NCBI RefSeq assembly: GCF_009914755.1
Contig: NC_060940.1
Origin: the human T2T-CHM13v2.0 reference genome, Homo sapiens
Length of the DNA: 64,000 nt
Strand: one strand, 5' to 3'
The notes under the pieces: model-generated
The model's input: the letters and a program-made list of their open reading frames with translations, nothing else
The model's database searches: none
What the model was told of the DNA's origin: nothing
Shown: piece by piece, positions 13,769 through 32,499 of the stretch
How positions within the stretch are numbered: position 1 is the first letter of the stretch
How the letters are laid out: the number at the start of each line of letters is the position of its first letter
Made by a program: the position numbers and the translations under genes

Positions 13769-14673
13769 GGGGGAGGAGCCAAGATGGCCGAATAGGAACA
13801 GCTCCGGTCTACAGCTCCCAGCGTGAGCGACGCAGAAGACGGGTGATTGCTGCATTTCCATCTGAGGTACCGGGTTCATCTCACTAGGGAGTGCCAGACA
13901 GTGGGCGCAGGCCAGTGGGTGCGCGCACCGTGCGCAAGCCGAAGCAGGGCGAGGCATTGCCTCACCTGGGAAGCGCAAGGGGTCAGGGAGTTCCCTTTCC
14001 GAGTCAAAGAAAGGGGTGACGGACGTACCTGGAAAAGCGGGTCACTCCCACCCGAATATTGCGCTTTTCAGACCGGCTTAAAAAACGGTGCACCACGAGA
14101 CTATATCCCACACCTGGCTCGGAGGGTCCTACGCCCACAGAATCTCGCTGATTGCTAGCACAGCAGTCTGAGATCAAACTGCAAGTCGGCAGCGAGGCTG
14201 GGGGAGGGGCGCCCGCCATTGCCCAGGCTTGCTTAGGTAAACAAAGCAGCTGGGAAGCTCAAACTGGGTGGAGCCCACCACAGCTCAAGGAGGCCTGCCT
14301 GCCTCTGTAGGCTCCACCTCTGGGGGCAGGGCACAGACAAACAAAAAGACAGCAGTAACCTCTGCAGACTTAAATGTCCCTGTCTGACAGCTTTGAAGAG
14401 AGCAGTGGTTCTCCCAGCACGCAGCTGGAGATCTGAGAACGGGCAGACTGCCTCCTCAAGTGGGTCCCTGACCCCTGACCCCCGAGCAGCCTAACTGGGA
14501 GGCACCCCCCAGCAGGGCACACTGACACCTCACACGGCAGGGTATTCCAACAGACCTGCAGCTGAGGGTCCTGTCTGTTAGAAGGAAAACTAACAAACAG
14601 AAAGGACATCCACACCGAAAACCCATCTGTACATCACCATCATCAAAGACCAAAAGTAGATAAAACCACAAAG
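13769..14673. promoter_or_regulatory. L1 5'UTR: internal sense promoter (YY1 site caagatggcc) and antisense promoter
   Basis: Complete CpG-rich 5'UTR with the YY1 motif intact near 13780-13789. Confidence 0.85.
14004..14219 (-). CDS. L1 ORF0 (antisense 71-aa ORF), intact
   Basis: MAGAPPPASLPTCSLISDCC...VRHPFL, 71 aa, in the position and length of primate L1 ORF0. Confidence 0.85.
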   Translation of the reverse strand: MAGAPPPASLPTCSLISDCCASNQRDSVGVGPSEPGVGYSLVVHRFLSRSEKRNIRVGVTRFSRYVRHPFL

Positions 14674-15689
14674 ATGGGGAAAAAACAGAACAGAAAAACT
14701 GGAAACTCTAAAACGCAGAGCGCCTCTCCTCCTCCAAAGGAACGCAGTTCCTCACCAGCAACGGAACAAAGCTGGATGGAGAATGATTTTGACGAGCTGA
14801 GAGAGGAAGGCTTCAGACGATCAAATTACTCTGAGCTACGGGAGGACATTCAAACCAAAGGCAAAGAAGTTGAAAACTTTGAAAAGAATTTAGAAGAATG
14901 TATAACTAGAATAACCAATACAGAGAAGTGCTTAAAGGAGCTGATGGAGCTGAAAACCAAGGCTCAAGAACTACGTGAAGAATGCAGAAGCCTCAGGAGC
15001 CAATGCGATCAACTGGAAGAAAGGGTATCAGCGATGGAAGATGAAATGAATGAAATGAAGCGAGAAGGGAAGTTTAGAGAAAAAAGAATAAAAAGAAATG
15101 AGCAAAGCCTCCAAGAAATATGGGACTATGTGAAAAGACCAAATCTACCTCTGATGGGTGTACCTGAAAGTGATGCGGAGAATGGAACCAAGTTGGAAAA
15201 CACTCTGCAGGATATTATCCAGGAGAACTTCCCCAATCTAGCAAGGCAGGCCAATGCTCACATTCAGGAAATACAGAGAATGCCACAAAGATACTCCTCG
15301 AGAAGAGCAACTCCAAGACACATAATTGTCAGATTCACCAAAGTTGAAATGAAGGAAAAAATGTTAAGGGCAGCCAGAGAGAAAGGTCGGGTTACCCTCA
15401 AAGGGAAGCCCATCAGACTAACAGCGGATCTCTCGGCAGAAACCCTACAAGCCAGAGAGAGTGGGGGCCAATATTCAACATTCTTAAAGAAAAGAATTTT
15501 CAACCCAGAATTTCATATCCAGCCAAACTAAGCTTCATAAGTGAAGGAGAAATAAAATACTTTACAGACAAGCAAATGCTGAGAGATTTTGTCACCACCA
15601 GGCCTGCCCTAAAAGAGCTCCTGAAGGAAGCGCTAAACATGGAAAGGAACAACCGGTACCAGCCGCTGCAAAATCATGCCAAAATGTAA
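14674..15689 (+). pseudogene. L1 ORF1p (RNA chaperone), frameshifted
   Basis: MGKKQNRKTGNSK...; 1-bp deletion near 15456 (gccagagagagtgg) gives an early stop at 15531; normal stop at 15687-15689; span is 1016 instead of 1017 bp. Confidence 0.95.
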
Positions 15690-15725
15690 AGACCATCAAG
15701 ACTAGGAAGAAACTGCATCAACTAA

Positions 15726-19580
<3,855 letters not shown>

Positions 19581-21852
19581 ACAATGAGATCACATGGACA
19601 CAGGAAGGGGAATATCACACTCTGGGGACTGTCGTGGGGAGGGAGGAGGGTGGAGGGATAGCATTGGGAGATATACCTAATGCTAGATGACGAGTTAGTG
19701 GGTGCAGCGCACCAGCATGGCACATGTATACATATGTAACTAACCTGCATATTGTGCACATGTACCCTAAAACTTAAAGTATAATTAAAAAATAATAATA
19801 ATACTAATAGTAATAATAATAAATAAATAAATAAATATGTAAAAAAAAAAAGAAAAAAGCTAAAACAACAGCAATGATAGATAAGAAAATTTGTAAAAGA
19901 CCAGCTGCGTATAGAAGAAACATGAAAGAATGTGTCTATTATGACGTGGTTTTCATCAACTCCTAATCAAAAATATAATAAAAGAAAAAGAAACAGTACC
20001 ACATCCAGCATGTCACCATTTAAGACAACCAATTCCCAGATGACTAGAAAAAATGTATCTCTGAACTGGGTGGAAAGGCATAATTCTTAAATCCAAAGGG
20101 AAATTAAACCACAAAGTTTAAACAAAACAGCACGAAAAAATCAATAACTCACAAAATAAAAAATAATAATTTAGTTTTCAGCTTTCTCTTTTTAAAAAAT
20201 TCTATTTTCAGATCACCAACAGTGGTTTAAGATGCTACCAAGTCTTTAAGCTCTATTTGGTAGGGAAATACCTCTGCTATTTCTAAAGGTAAATAGGGGG
20301 TTTTGCATTTAATTTACAATATGGAATACTGCAGAATAACCTCATGCCAAAATGGCACATTTCTGAGGGATGCAAAGGTATTCAATAAAAAGCTTTTAAA
20401 GGCATATTTTTAAACTTGCAGCAGGAAAGCTTTTCTGTGTCAAGACAGTAATTCTTTCAACAGCATTGATCAAAATGTCATTCTTTTATGAGTGTACAAT
20501 ACCTTTTAATGGCATACAACAAGCCATTAGGGTTATACACCTCTGTATAGCAGACAGCTTACTGGAAAAAAGCGAACACTGGCCAAGACAGAGTCAGTAG
20601 GTTTTATGCTTCTAATAAGGAACATTTTTCCCCCTAGCTGATTCATTCTAAAGTCCACAACTGAAATTATCCAAAGATTAAGTGTAAGCTCTCTTCACTT
20701 CGGTAATTTAGAAGCACTTTCACAGAGGCTTAAACTGCAAGGTCTAAACTCTACCTTTGTGGATACCATAAGATGGCCTTGAAAACAGCCTCTCACCCAG
20801 GGCCAGTAAGAAATTATTCATGAAGATTAGGAAAGAAATGACGGTTTTAGTACCTTTTCTACTTTCTGAGGAAAGAAGAAAGTGAATTGAAAAACATATT
20901 ACAAGATGATCACTTTTCGTATTCATTTACAAAACTAAATACTAAAGGAACATTAAAGTTCTATATTATTCTAACATAAAACATCTCTGTCACCTAATAT
21001 TGATTAGGTAATCTTTCATAAAAGGAAACTATTTTAAAGTAATCTCAAAACAAGTCCTTGTCTTTGAGGTACTCACACCTTAAAAGATATAAAGTAAATT
21101 CTGAAATTATTTAGAAGAAGTAATCCAATGAATATACAAACTGACAAAAAAATTCCACCAATTTACCAAATTCTAATCACTCAGGAAATGGGAAACTAAG
21201 CAGTGCAATAAAAAATAGAAGGTGAGTACCCCTGCTTTTCTTGTTACACCTTTACTTATTGTTCACTACTAAAAGAAATGCGACTTAAATACAAATAAAT
21301 TATTCTAATTACAGAAATATCCCAAATAAATTGATTGTAGCCTAAATCTCTGCCTTCTGAAAATGATTTCAGGGTTCGTAGAACTGAAAAATGTTACAAA
21401 TAGTAGAGAATTCTGAATCAAAAGTAAAACTCAACTTTAGGGAAAACACTAGATGCATTTCAAAACCTTTTCTCTAAAAGCAAAGTTTAAAAAGTAGAAT
21501 TTGTCTCCTTTTAAAGGTAGGTATGCGTGTGTAGTAGAAAGAAAATGATAAGTTTAAAAGAAAGGTGTTATGAATGGCTCTCCAAATTATGTAATAAAAC
21601 AGAAAGTTCTGTTTCAGGCAATGTAGAAAACCAAAGCATTTGTACCAATTTCATAACTAACAACAACTAAAAATGCAAGGCAAAATACAAAAACATCTTG
21701 ACAGGATCCAAGAGTTGAGAAGAAACTACCAATCCAAAATTGAAGTGAAAGTGCAAACTCAGAGATGGTAAGGAGTGCTGAATCTGTCTTTGCCCTGAGG
21801 ATATTTGGTCAGCCATTCTGACAAGATCTTTAGACTTACAGATCTTATTTCA

Positions 21853-22200
<348 letters not shown>

Positions 22201-22649
22201 ATAAACGCCACCTAAAAGTCTAACAGGACACTCTCCTCCCCCAAAAATTAAATAAATAAATAAAATAAAAATTTAAAAATAACCACCACCTAAGAGTCTA
22301 ACAGGAGACTCTCCTCCCAGGAAGCTGAGACATCAAAGAGTTATCCCCTCAACGTAAAGGTGATGAGAAGTCTGGACCTAGGGGACTAAAAGAAAAGTTG
22401 CTTTGATGATAAGCAAAGCAGGGGAAAACAAAAAACCACAAGAACTCGTAACCGCAAATGGGCTCTCAGAGATACAATCTAAATTCACATCACAAAAATA
22501 AGTACCGCCCCCCAAATAAATAAACATAGAGTGGTGCCCAAGTGGTAGTGTTCCTGGGTGCCAGACTGTAGCAGACATGAATGTCATCTGGTAGAACAAA
22601 CTATTAAATACAGTAAACAAGAAAACATGGCACCATGAAAAAGAACCAG

Positions 22650-23430
22650 CCAAAATAAACCTGCAAGGATTTCATTTATTAGGATTATCAAATGTAGATT
22701 ATAAAATAACCATGCTAATACATTTAAAATTATTTTTTACACTGGGAAAATACCTCCACAGAAAGAAAATTAAAAATAAATGATCTAGAAGGTTGGAAAG
22801 ACATTTGAACAAATTAAATATACACTAATTGAAAATAAAAACTCACTGGAGAGGTTATGGAAGATTAGTTTACAACAGACTGACCCTTCCAATAAGAATA
22901 ACTAGAAAAACTAGGTAAAATACAGAAAACATCTATATGCAGGCATGAGAGAGCTACTAATGCAGCCAAGACTCAAGGGTCCAAAATCTTGAACAAAAGA
23001 GAAGTACAGGGAAGTAACCTCAACTTTCAGCATGAATTTTCCCAAGTCATTTGCCAATTCTCAAGAGGCTGGGAAGCTAAGTAGAGCTGTTAGCAGTATC
23101 ACAGACTAGGGGGAAAAAAACTTGAAGTTTGGGAACTGCTTGCAATAAACCAGAAGTGTATCTGTAGAATGAAACCCAACTATATATCATCTCAATCTCT
23201 GACTATATTGTTAAACTGTCTCTATTCTACCTACCTGCCAGAAACAAAAACAAACCCTCTTTGGAAAAAATTAGTATCTGACATTCAACTGACAATTACT
23301 AGGCATACCAGGAGACAAATCTATAAGAAGGAAAAAATAAAAGAAACAGACCTATAGGAAACACAGGTGTTAAAGTTATCAGATCCAGACTTTAAAATAT
23401 CTTTGACTAATATGCTCAAGAAAACAGAAG
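22650..23430 (+). mobile_element. Old L1M 5'/ORF1 region relics
   Basis: A-rich plus strand; 'aagttatcagatccagactttaaaatatctttgactaatatgctcaag' is typical of the old L1 ORF1 N-terminus. Confidence 0.55.
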
Positions 23431-23632
23431 AGAACTATAGCTTCCCCTAAAAAACATGGTAACCACCTAAATCCAAATGCCTCCACATAACCTCCATAAA
23501 ACTTTAAAAATAATGAAGAGATGAGGCTACATGGGTATTGCTAAAAGAAAAAAAAATTAACTGAAAAAACCCTCATAATCCATGTCTATGGCATAACTAA
23601 GAGGCACAGAATAGTACAAACTTCAAATGGAT

Positions 23633-24134
23633 TGTCAACTAAAGGAAAAAAATCAGGCTTTTAAAAAAGAAAATTTAGTTTCATTCAGTCTTACTGAAGA
23701 CTGTAACCCAGGAGAATCTTTCAGAGAGATTCCCAAGCAGTATTTCAGCCCCTGTATCAGGGGGTGGCAGTTCTGCATCTGCTCATAAGTTACATTAAAC
23801 ATGCTCACAAGTTACGTTAGAGCAAAGTGCCATCAAAGTTTGGGTGTGAGAGTACATCTTGTTACTGATTACAGAGGCATAGTCACTAATCCCTCAGAAT
23901 TTATCTTATATACAGGAAGAGCCAAGGGCTAGGCTAGGATCACTGACCTCATCTTAAAAAAAAAAAATGCAATGATTCCATCAAGAGATGTGATAACCTG
24001 GGCATCCTGCTTACAGTCTCCAGGGCATTCTTCCAGAGGGCTGCCCTCCATCACTGAGTCAGAGCCTTTGTGAAATTCTTCTGGCAAGCAGAATGAGCAA
24101 ACATGGTTCCTTACATTTGCTACTGTGTCTCACA
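23633..24134 (-). mobile_element. ERV-type solo LTR (family not assigned)
   Basis: About 500-bp block bounded by tgt...aca, with higher GC than the flanks and an LTR-like 'tttagtttcattc' segment. Confidence 0.5.
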
Positions 24135-24509
24135 ACATGTAAGTAGAAAATTGGACACTAAAATCCAGGAGCTGTCTCTAGAGCCCATGCCAGAAAAAAA
24201 CAAGATAGACACTATGTGGAAAACATAGAAGGAAGCAGGGAAGCAAAATACAGATAAAATAACCCCAGAAAGTATAGAAATCCTAAAATTAGGTGTGAGA
24301 CCTGTTAGGACAGAGCACTGATTACTATAGAATCTAAAGGAAGGGACTTCCAATTATAAGAAGGAGAAGTAACACTCTTGGGGAAAAAACCACTTCTCCG
24401 GGAGAGGACTGTGACTTAGACATGGGATTCCTGAGATATATGATGGTAAAGAGAAAGAAGAAAATAAGAGATAAGAGATATTAAAAAAAAAAAAAAAGAA
24501 AAAAAAAAA

Positions 24510-24812
24510 GGTCCTGGGCAGTGGCTCTCAGTTGTAATCCTAGCACTATGGGAGGGTGAGGCAGGACTGCCTGAGGCCAGGAGTTTGAGACCATCCTGGG
24601 CAACATGGCAAGACCCTGTCTCTACAAAAATTAAAAAAAAAAAAAAAAAAAGCCCAGCACAGGGTCATGCACTGTTGGTCTCAGATACTTGGGAGGCTAA
24701 GGTGGGAAGATCACTTGAGCCCAGGAGGTTGAGGCTGCAGTGAGCCATGTTCACACTACCACACTTTAGCCTGAGTAACAGAGAGACCCTGTCTCAAAAA
24801 AAGAAAAAAAAA
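24510..24812 (+). mobile_element. AluJ
   Basis: 'gaggctgcagtgagccatg', 'tcacttgagcccagg'. Confidence 0.9.
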
Positions 24813-25281
24813 GAATAAAAGAATAAAAGATAATCATAAAATCAGAGAAACACCAAACCCACCTCCCCTTCCAAGAAAATCAAAAACAATAAACACAAAA
24901 AACACACCAGGTAGGTTAAAGAAACTGCACTTCACTATAATAAAAGAATAGGATGTTTTTGAACTAAGAAACCTTGTAATTTCTCTTTTTACATAAACTA
25001 TTATTGCTGGTTAAGAAAAATAAAATTTTCAAACCTGATCAGAAAACAGGCAACAACTATAAAATGTTATAAAAGAATAAAAATAAAGAAAATGAAAACA
25101 AGAATGCTTCAGCTGATAAATAGCATCCTCAAAAAAAAAAAAAAAAAAACAATAAGGCAGAGAAAACTATAATACATCTTAACCTGAATTCTATGTTGTT
25201 AAATAAGTATTTACAGATTTTTTAAAAAAAATCCTCTTAAATCAAACATTCAACAATTCAGTTCAAAAATGTCAAAAGTCT

Positions 25282-25579
25282 GGCCAGGTGTGGTGCCTCT
25301 CACCTGTAATGGCAGCACTTTGGGAGGCTGAGGCAGATGGATCACTTGAGGTCAGGAGTTCGAGATCAGCCTGACCAACATGGTGAAACCCAATCTCTAC
25401 TAAAAATACAAAAATTAGCTGGCTGTGGTGGCATGCACTTGTAACCCCAGCTACTTGAGAGGCTGAGGCACGAGAATCACTTGAACCTGGGAGGCGGAGG
25501 TTGCGGTGAGCTGACGTCATGCCATTGTACTACAACCTGGGTGACAGAGCAGGACTGTCTCAAAAAAAAAAAAAAAAAA
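25282..25579 (+). mobile_element. AluS
   Basis: Full dimer; flanking repeat caaaagtc. Confidence 0.92.
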
Positions 25580-25656
25580 GGCAAAAGTCAGAAAGTTTTA
25601 AAATGAGATGTAATTGGTTTCATGCCCAAAAAATTAAAATTAAAAAAGACAAAAAT

Positions 25657-25825
25657 GGCCAAGCACAGTGGCTCACGCCTGTGGTCCTAACTACTCAGGA
25701 GGCTGAGACAGGAAGATCACTTGAGCCCAGAAGGTCAAGGCTGCAGTGAGTCGTGATCATGCCACTGTACTCCAGCCTGGGTGAAAAAGTGAGACTCTGT
25801 CTCAAAAAAATTAAAAAAAAAAAAA
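25657..25825 (+). mobile_element. FRAM/right-arm Alu monomer
   Basis: Single monomer of about 150 bp containing the right-arm insert. Confidence 0.8.
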
Positions 25826-25983
25826 GAGAGAGACAAAAATTATTTTAGAAATTAAAAATAAATATAAAGTACCCAAGAGAAGGAAAGACTGACTGAAAAT
25901 AAAATATGTATCATTGAACAAAGCCATAAAAACAGCCAAGAGAACAAAACAAAATGAAGTAGAGTAGTAAGCATCAGGAAAAT

Positions 25984-26160
25984 GGCCAGGAATGGTGGTT
26001 TATGCCTGTACACCCAGAACTTTGGGAGGCTGAGGCAGGAGGATTGCTGGAGAATAGGAGTTTAAGACCAGCCTGGGAAACATAATGAGACCCCATCTCT
26101 GCCAAAAAAAAAAAAGAAGAAGAAGAAGAAGAAGAACCAGGAGAAGAAGAAGAACCACCA
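25984..26160 (+). mobile_element. FLAM/left-arm monomer with (GAA)n tail
   Basis: About 120-bp monomer, then a poly(A) run and GAA repeats. Confidence 0.8.
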
Positions 26161-26262
26161 GGGGAAAAGAGAGAGAAAGAGGGTCCAACATACATAAAAT
26201 TGTAAGACCCAAATAAGAAAATAAAATAATGGAATAAAACTAATATTTAAAGTTATAATATG

Positions 26263-27070
<808 letters not shown>

Positions 27071-27099
27071 AAGTTGTAATATACAAAGAAAAATCAGAA

Positions 27100-28230
27100 A
27101 TAAAACAAGATATAAATGTATACATTAAAAAGGCCTACAAAGAACTTGGAAAAACTGATACAAATACTTAAACTGAGATGTACTGCAATATACAACTAGG
27201 CTTTAAAGATTTTTAAAAAATCCATCCAAGGGTAGGGAAAATAAGCACAAATCTTCTGAGATTATTTGTAAAGGAAGCAAAATCGAACCAGTGTCAGACT
27301 TCTTGGTAGCAACATAGAAAAGACAATAATGAGTAGTTAGGAATTAAAGTATGTCATTTAAACTGACAATCCAAACAGCTGAAACCTAAGTAAGTAAAAG
27401 GCAAATGAAGGAAATTAAGAGCATTATAAATAATAATATAAAAGTAACCACCAGAATGAAAATACAAACCTCCCAAAATACAAGACAAAAACAAAAACAA
27501 AAAATAAAAAAGGAGTGGGGAAAGGAACATACTATTAATAGATTATGAAAGAAACAAAGGAAATATAATACACCCAATAAATGTATATAAAATAATGTGA
27601 CAGAGACCACATAAACCATATCAATGAATGTAAATAGATTTAACTTACCTATTTTTTAAATTGTAAATGTTAAATTTCAAATGGACTCAAAGTAAAACTC
27701 TACACTGTATTTTACAGAAACACAAAGTGAATCAGAAAGGCTAAAAATACAAGGGATAAAAAAGGTATTCAAGGCAAATGAAAACAATAAGTAGGTATTG
27801 TAATACTGATATTAAACATGAGAGAACTGAGACCTAAAAGCATGACATAAAGAACACTTTATGATATAAAGACTACAATTTCCAATAAAGATGCAATAGT
27901 TATGAATATCTATCCACCAACTAACACAACTGCTTTAATAAAACAGAATCAAAGAGAAATAAAGGTGCAAGAAAGAAAGAAACCAAACAGAAAACATCAA
28001 AATCTCATACTTAGTACAAAACAAGTGTACAGAAAATACAAAAGGATGTGGAAGACATAAACAAAACAAGCTTTATCAGTATCTATACATTTAAACACCA
28101 ATAACAGAAAAATAATCTTTTTCAAGTGCACATGAATATTCACAGCTGCTTTACCCTTGATAGCCAAAAATTGGAAATAATCTCAGCGTCTATGAATAAG
28201 AGAATACATGAAGAAATTGTGGTATATTCA
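27100..28230 (+). mobile_element. Old L1M ORF1/ORF2-endonuclease relic
   Basis: 'aatgtaaatagatttaacttacctatt', 'tatgaatatctatccaccaa', 'ttttcaagtgcacatgaa' match the degenerate L1 EN region. Confidence 0.7.
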
Positions 28231-28231
28231 G

Positions 28232-28690
28232 TGAGGGATGTAGGTACCAAAATGGCATATTTGACTTATGTCAAACTAACTAAATGGAGTCAGGAGGCCA
28301 GGAAGAAGGAGCCTTCACATATGAATGCCTGTAACAGGTTTTATTACAAGAAATTCCTGCATGTCTTACATGTACCCTTGTAACAGACCTTATCATGGGA
28401 AATTTCTCCAACCAGATAAGCTACTTGCACAAGGACACTTGCCTTGCAGTGGCTGTCTCCACCACTGAACTGATGTCAGCTTCTGCAACAAGCCCCTCTA
28501 GCCAATGGTCTTGTTTAGCTTATGTGGACTTGTTTTTTGTCTTTAAAAGTTTCCCGTTTTCCCCTAACCCTCTTGGATGTACCTATAGTCTGCTTATGGC
28601 AGGTTTATCCTGGACTTCAGTCCTCTGCTATTCCTGAATAAACTCTTTGCTTTGGAGGGCTGGTCTCTGGATCACTCATTTTAGGATGAC
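28232..28690 (+). mobile_element. ERV1-type solo LTR (MER34/MER39-like) inserted in an L1M 3'UTR
   Basis: About 460 bp with CCAAT, TATA-like 'ctttaaaag' and 'cctgaataaactc'; the L1 3'UTR resumes afterwards ('ttcatgcagtggaatact'). Confidence 0.65.
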
Positions 28691-28805
28691 GGTTCATGCA
28701 GTGGAATACTGCATAGCAATGAAAAAGAGCAAAAGATTGCTATAAACACATAAATGACACAGCATATTATTTTAAGTAAAAGAAACTAGACACAAAGTAG
28801 CAAAC

Positions 28806-29108
<303 letters not shown>

Positions 29109-30433
29109 TCAAACTTTTAAACGAAGTTCAAAATCAAGCAAAACTAATTGATATTGATAACAATGAGAACTGTGGTAACCTCTGGGAAGACAAAGGGTGG
29201 TCTGGGAATGAACACAGGGACTTTTATGGGCTGCTGGAAATGTTCTCTATCTTAATCTGGATCTATCCACAGATGTAAAGAAATAAATTTTTTTGAACTA
29301 TACACTTAAAGTCACTACAATTAGTACAGTTTATTGCATGTCAGACAACCAAAACAACAAATGCAAGTCATGAACAGACACATCATACACACACACACAC
29401 AAAATACAAATGATCAGAAAACATGTTCAACTTCATTGGACATCAAGGAAATGTTAATTAAAAGACTGGTACAACCCAAACAAGATTGACTAAAATTTAA
29501 AAACCTGATACACTATTTGTGAGAGTGTAAATTGGTGCAACCATTTTGGAAAACTGTGATGTATCTACTTAGCTAAAATATGCATTTCTCTCACAAACTT
29601 AATAAACAGGCTTCTCATCTACTCTATTTTAGTCAGAGCCTCAGTCCAACAGCTACATCCACAGTTCTTTTCTAGACATTCTTAGGTCTGCTACATCTTT
29701 TTTTTCCCTTTTGCTTTCACTTCTCTTCTTAATTATGGGAATTTTGGGCCCATCAAGGATTTGAGGCAGGGACTCTTTTCCATGAAATATTCTGTTCAAT
29801 TCAAAGAACTTTCAAATATACCCATAGGTGAAATTCATTCTGAGACAGGATCAGTTTTAAGGTTTTATCAATGGACGTGAAGGTCAGGCCCTTGATTTGA
29901 TCCTTACTAAAAGACTGAGTTTTAATTGGCCGTTGTCACTTAAAGCCTTTATAAATTTTATCTTTGTGAAGTCAGGATTAAGAAGCAATTGTGCCTCTCC
30001 CAACACCATAGTTCCTTTTAATTCCCTTTCATTCCTGTTTTCAAAAATGACAATTCTTTTCTGATCTGTGCTTTCTTGTAATGCCTTCTAAATGCATCCA
30101 CCAGCAATGAACACACAACAACACTGACACAAAGCATTCTGTTTTCCTACCTTTTGTAGTAGAACTACAAATTTACTAAGTACATGATCTGTATCAAAGA
30201 TAGATGGTTAAAAAAAAGGTAGGTCTTCATATAACATTTCATCCTTTGGAAAACTTGAATGGTCTACAGTTTATGAAGTCCCACCTATTAATGTGGTTAC
30301 TAAAATAACACCAGATGGAAGGAAACTATTCAAATATCAATCCATCGCTCATTCCTTCATTTCAGATCACAAGAAAAATGAGAAGATCACCTAAGTCTAT
30401 GAGATTTAACTATAACTATGAAATGCATTTTAA

Positions 30434-30740
30434 ACTGGGCGCAGTGGCTCACGCCTGTAATCCCAGTACTTTGGGAGGCAGAGGTGTGCAATCACTTGAG
30501 GCCAGGAGTTTGAGGCTAGCCTTAGCAACATGGTGAAACCCTGTCTCTACAAAAAATAGCCAGGTGTGGTGGCGTGCACCTGTACTCCTAGCTACTGGAA
30601 GGCTGAGGCAGGAGAACTGCTTGAGCCTGGGAGGTCGAAGCTTCAATGAGCCGAGATTGAAGTGCAGGTCATTGCACTCCAGCCTGGGTGATGAAGCAAG
30701 AGCTTGTCTCAGAAAAAATAATAAATAATAAATATATAAA
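30434..30740 (+). mobile_element. Alu (J/S)
   Basis: Full dimer. Confidence 0.9.
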
Positions 30741-31746
30741 TATGCTTAATTTTTTTTAAAAAGAAACATATTTTAAATGCCATAATATATCCTCAGGCAA
30801 CAGTAAACTGGCATCCTAATTTTTAGACTGCAAATATAACTGAACCAGATCAGATAGAGCAAAATAGGTAAGAATTTCAAATATGATTAGCTACATTGCA
30901 CTTTTATGTAAAATTCATAGATGATAAAAGACATTTAAAACCTTTCTCCCCAGTATTTTCAGCGTAGGCACTTAATATATAAAATGACCATCACATTGAA
31001 TGGAACACCACAAAACCAAGTGCATTTACACCTTCCATTTGCTCTGCATGTATAATTAAACTCAATAAAATGAAAGTACAATAAAATCTTTCCACAATGT
31101 TAGCAGGTCACCCTCAAGCAGCTTGACCTATACATGGCTGGTCTAGCCAGATTAACCTATTATTTACAAATCAATCTTCCTCTCTTTTCTACCTACAATA
31201 CTCCATACACAGCAACAACTGGAGAGAAAAATAAAATCTAGTAATAAAGATTCAAAAATCCTTGCTGTATATTCAGGAAATTCAAATAAAAAGCTAACAC
31301 TAGTCTTAAATATTACACTGCTTATAAAACATTCAGGGAAAACAAACAAATAAACATAGCCATTCTATCAAGAGACATTCCAGATAGCAAAATAGTTTTA
31401 GGTGAAATAGTGTATTATTAGATTAACTATTATTTAAATAATATTTTTTCATTGAAACTTAAAAGGATATAAACCATTCTATGTTATATGCTAATGAGAT
31501 TTAATCAGTCATTATTTACAGAGCAAAGTTTGGCTCATCCAGTTCTGGCATTGATACAATTTATCAACTGACATGTTATGCTTACAGCATATTACTTTCC
31601 TTGATCAAATAATTGAGATCTTGTTGTTCTGTTCCACAGGAAAGGAATATCTTTCAGATCTCAGACCATTAGCTTATAAATTCTATGGCTTTGTTAACAA
31701 AAAAAAGATAGTGGACATCACTAAAAAACTGAAAGTAAAGACCTCT

Positions 31747-32039
<293 letters not shown>

Positions 32040-32499
32040 CCTCTGAAAATCCTCCATAAAATCAATGAGACTACAAGAAAAAACAAACAAACAAAGAAAA
32101 AAAACCCCAACTTTTTCAGAACACTAGAAACTAACCAAAGACTTCCAGCAATCCAGAAAATGACTGTTACAAAAACAATGACAACAAAACCACAGCTAAA
32201 TCTTGGTTAAGAACGCTGAGATTTGTGGCATTTAAATTTGCTCTATGCGCATCTGCCCAACCTCGGCAACACAGGAGTCTTGAAAAACAATAGCCACAAT
32301 CAACAATGACTGTCCAAGAAGTTGAAACTCTTTCAAAGCCCTATTCTCAGAGTATTGTCATTATTGGACCTGGAAGACTCCACATATACTGTCTTTATTT
32401 GAAATGATCCAGAGCTTACCAGTGTGAAAAGCATTTTCCTTAGAGCATTAATCAAAAACAACCTGAGACAACAGTTGAATCTAACTCTTAAACCAAATT

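Noticed and set aside
31180-31220. Minus-strand 'ctctccag|TTGTTGCTGTGTATGGAGTATTGTAG' reading LLLCMEYC, resembling a kinase hinge
   Set aside because: Only 26 nt, with a poor donor and an in-frame stop on read-through; no other kinase exons nearby
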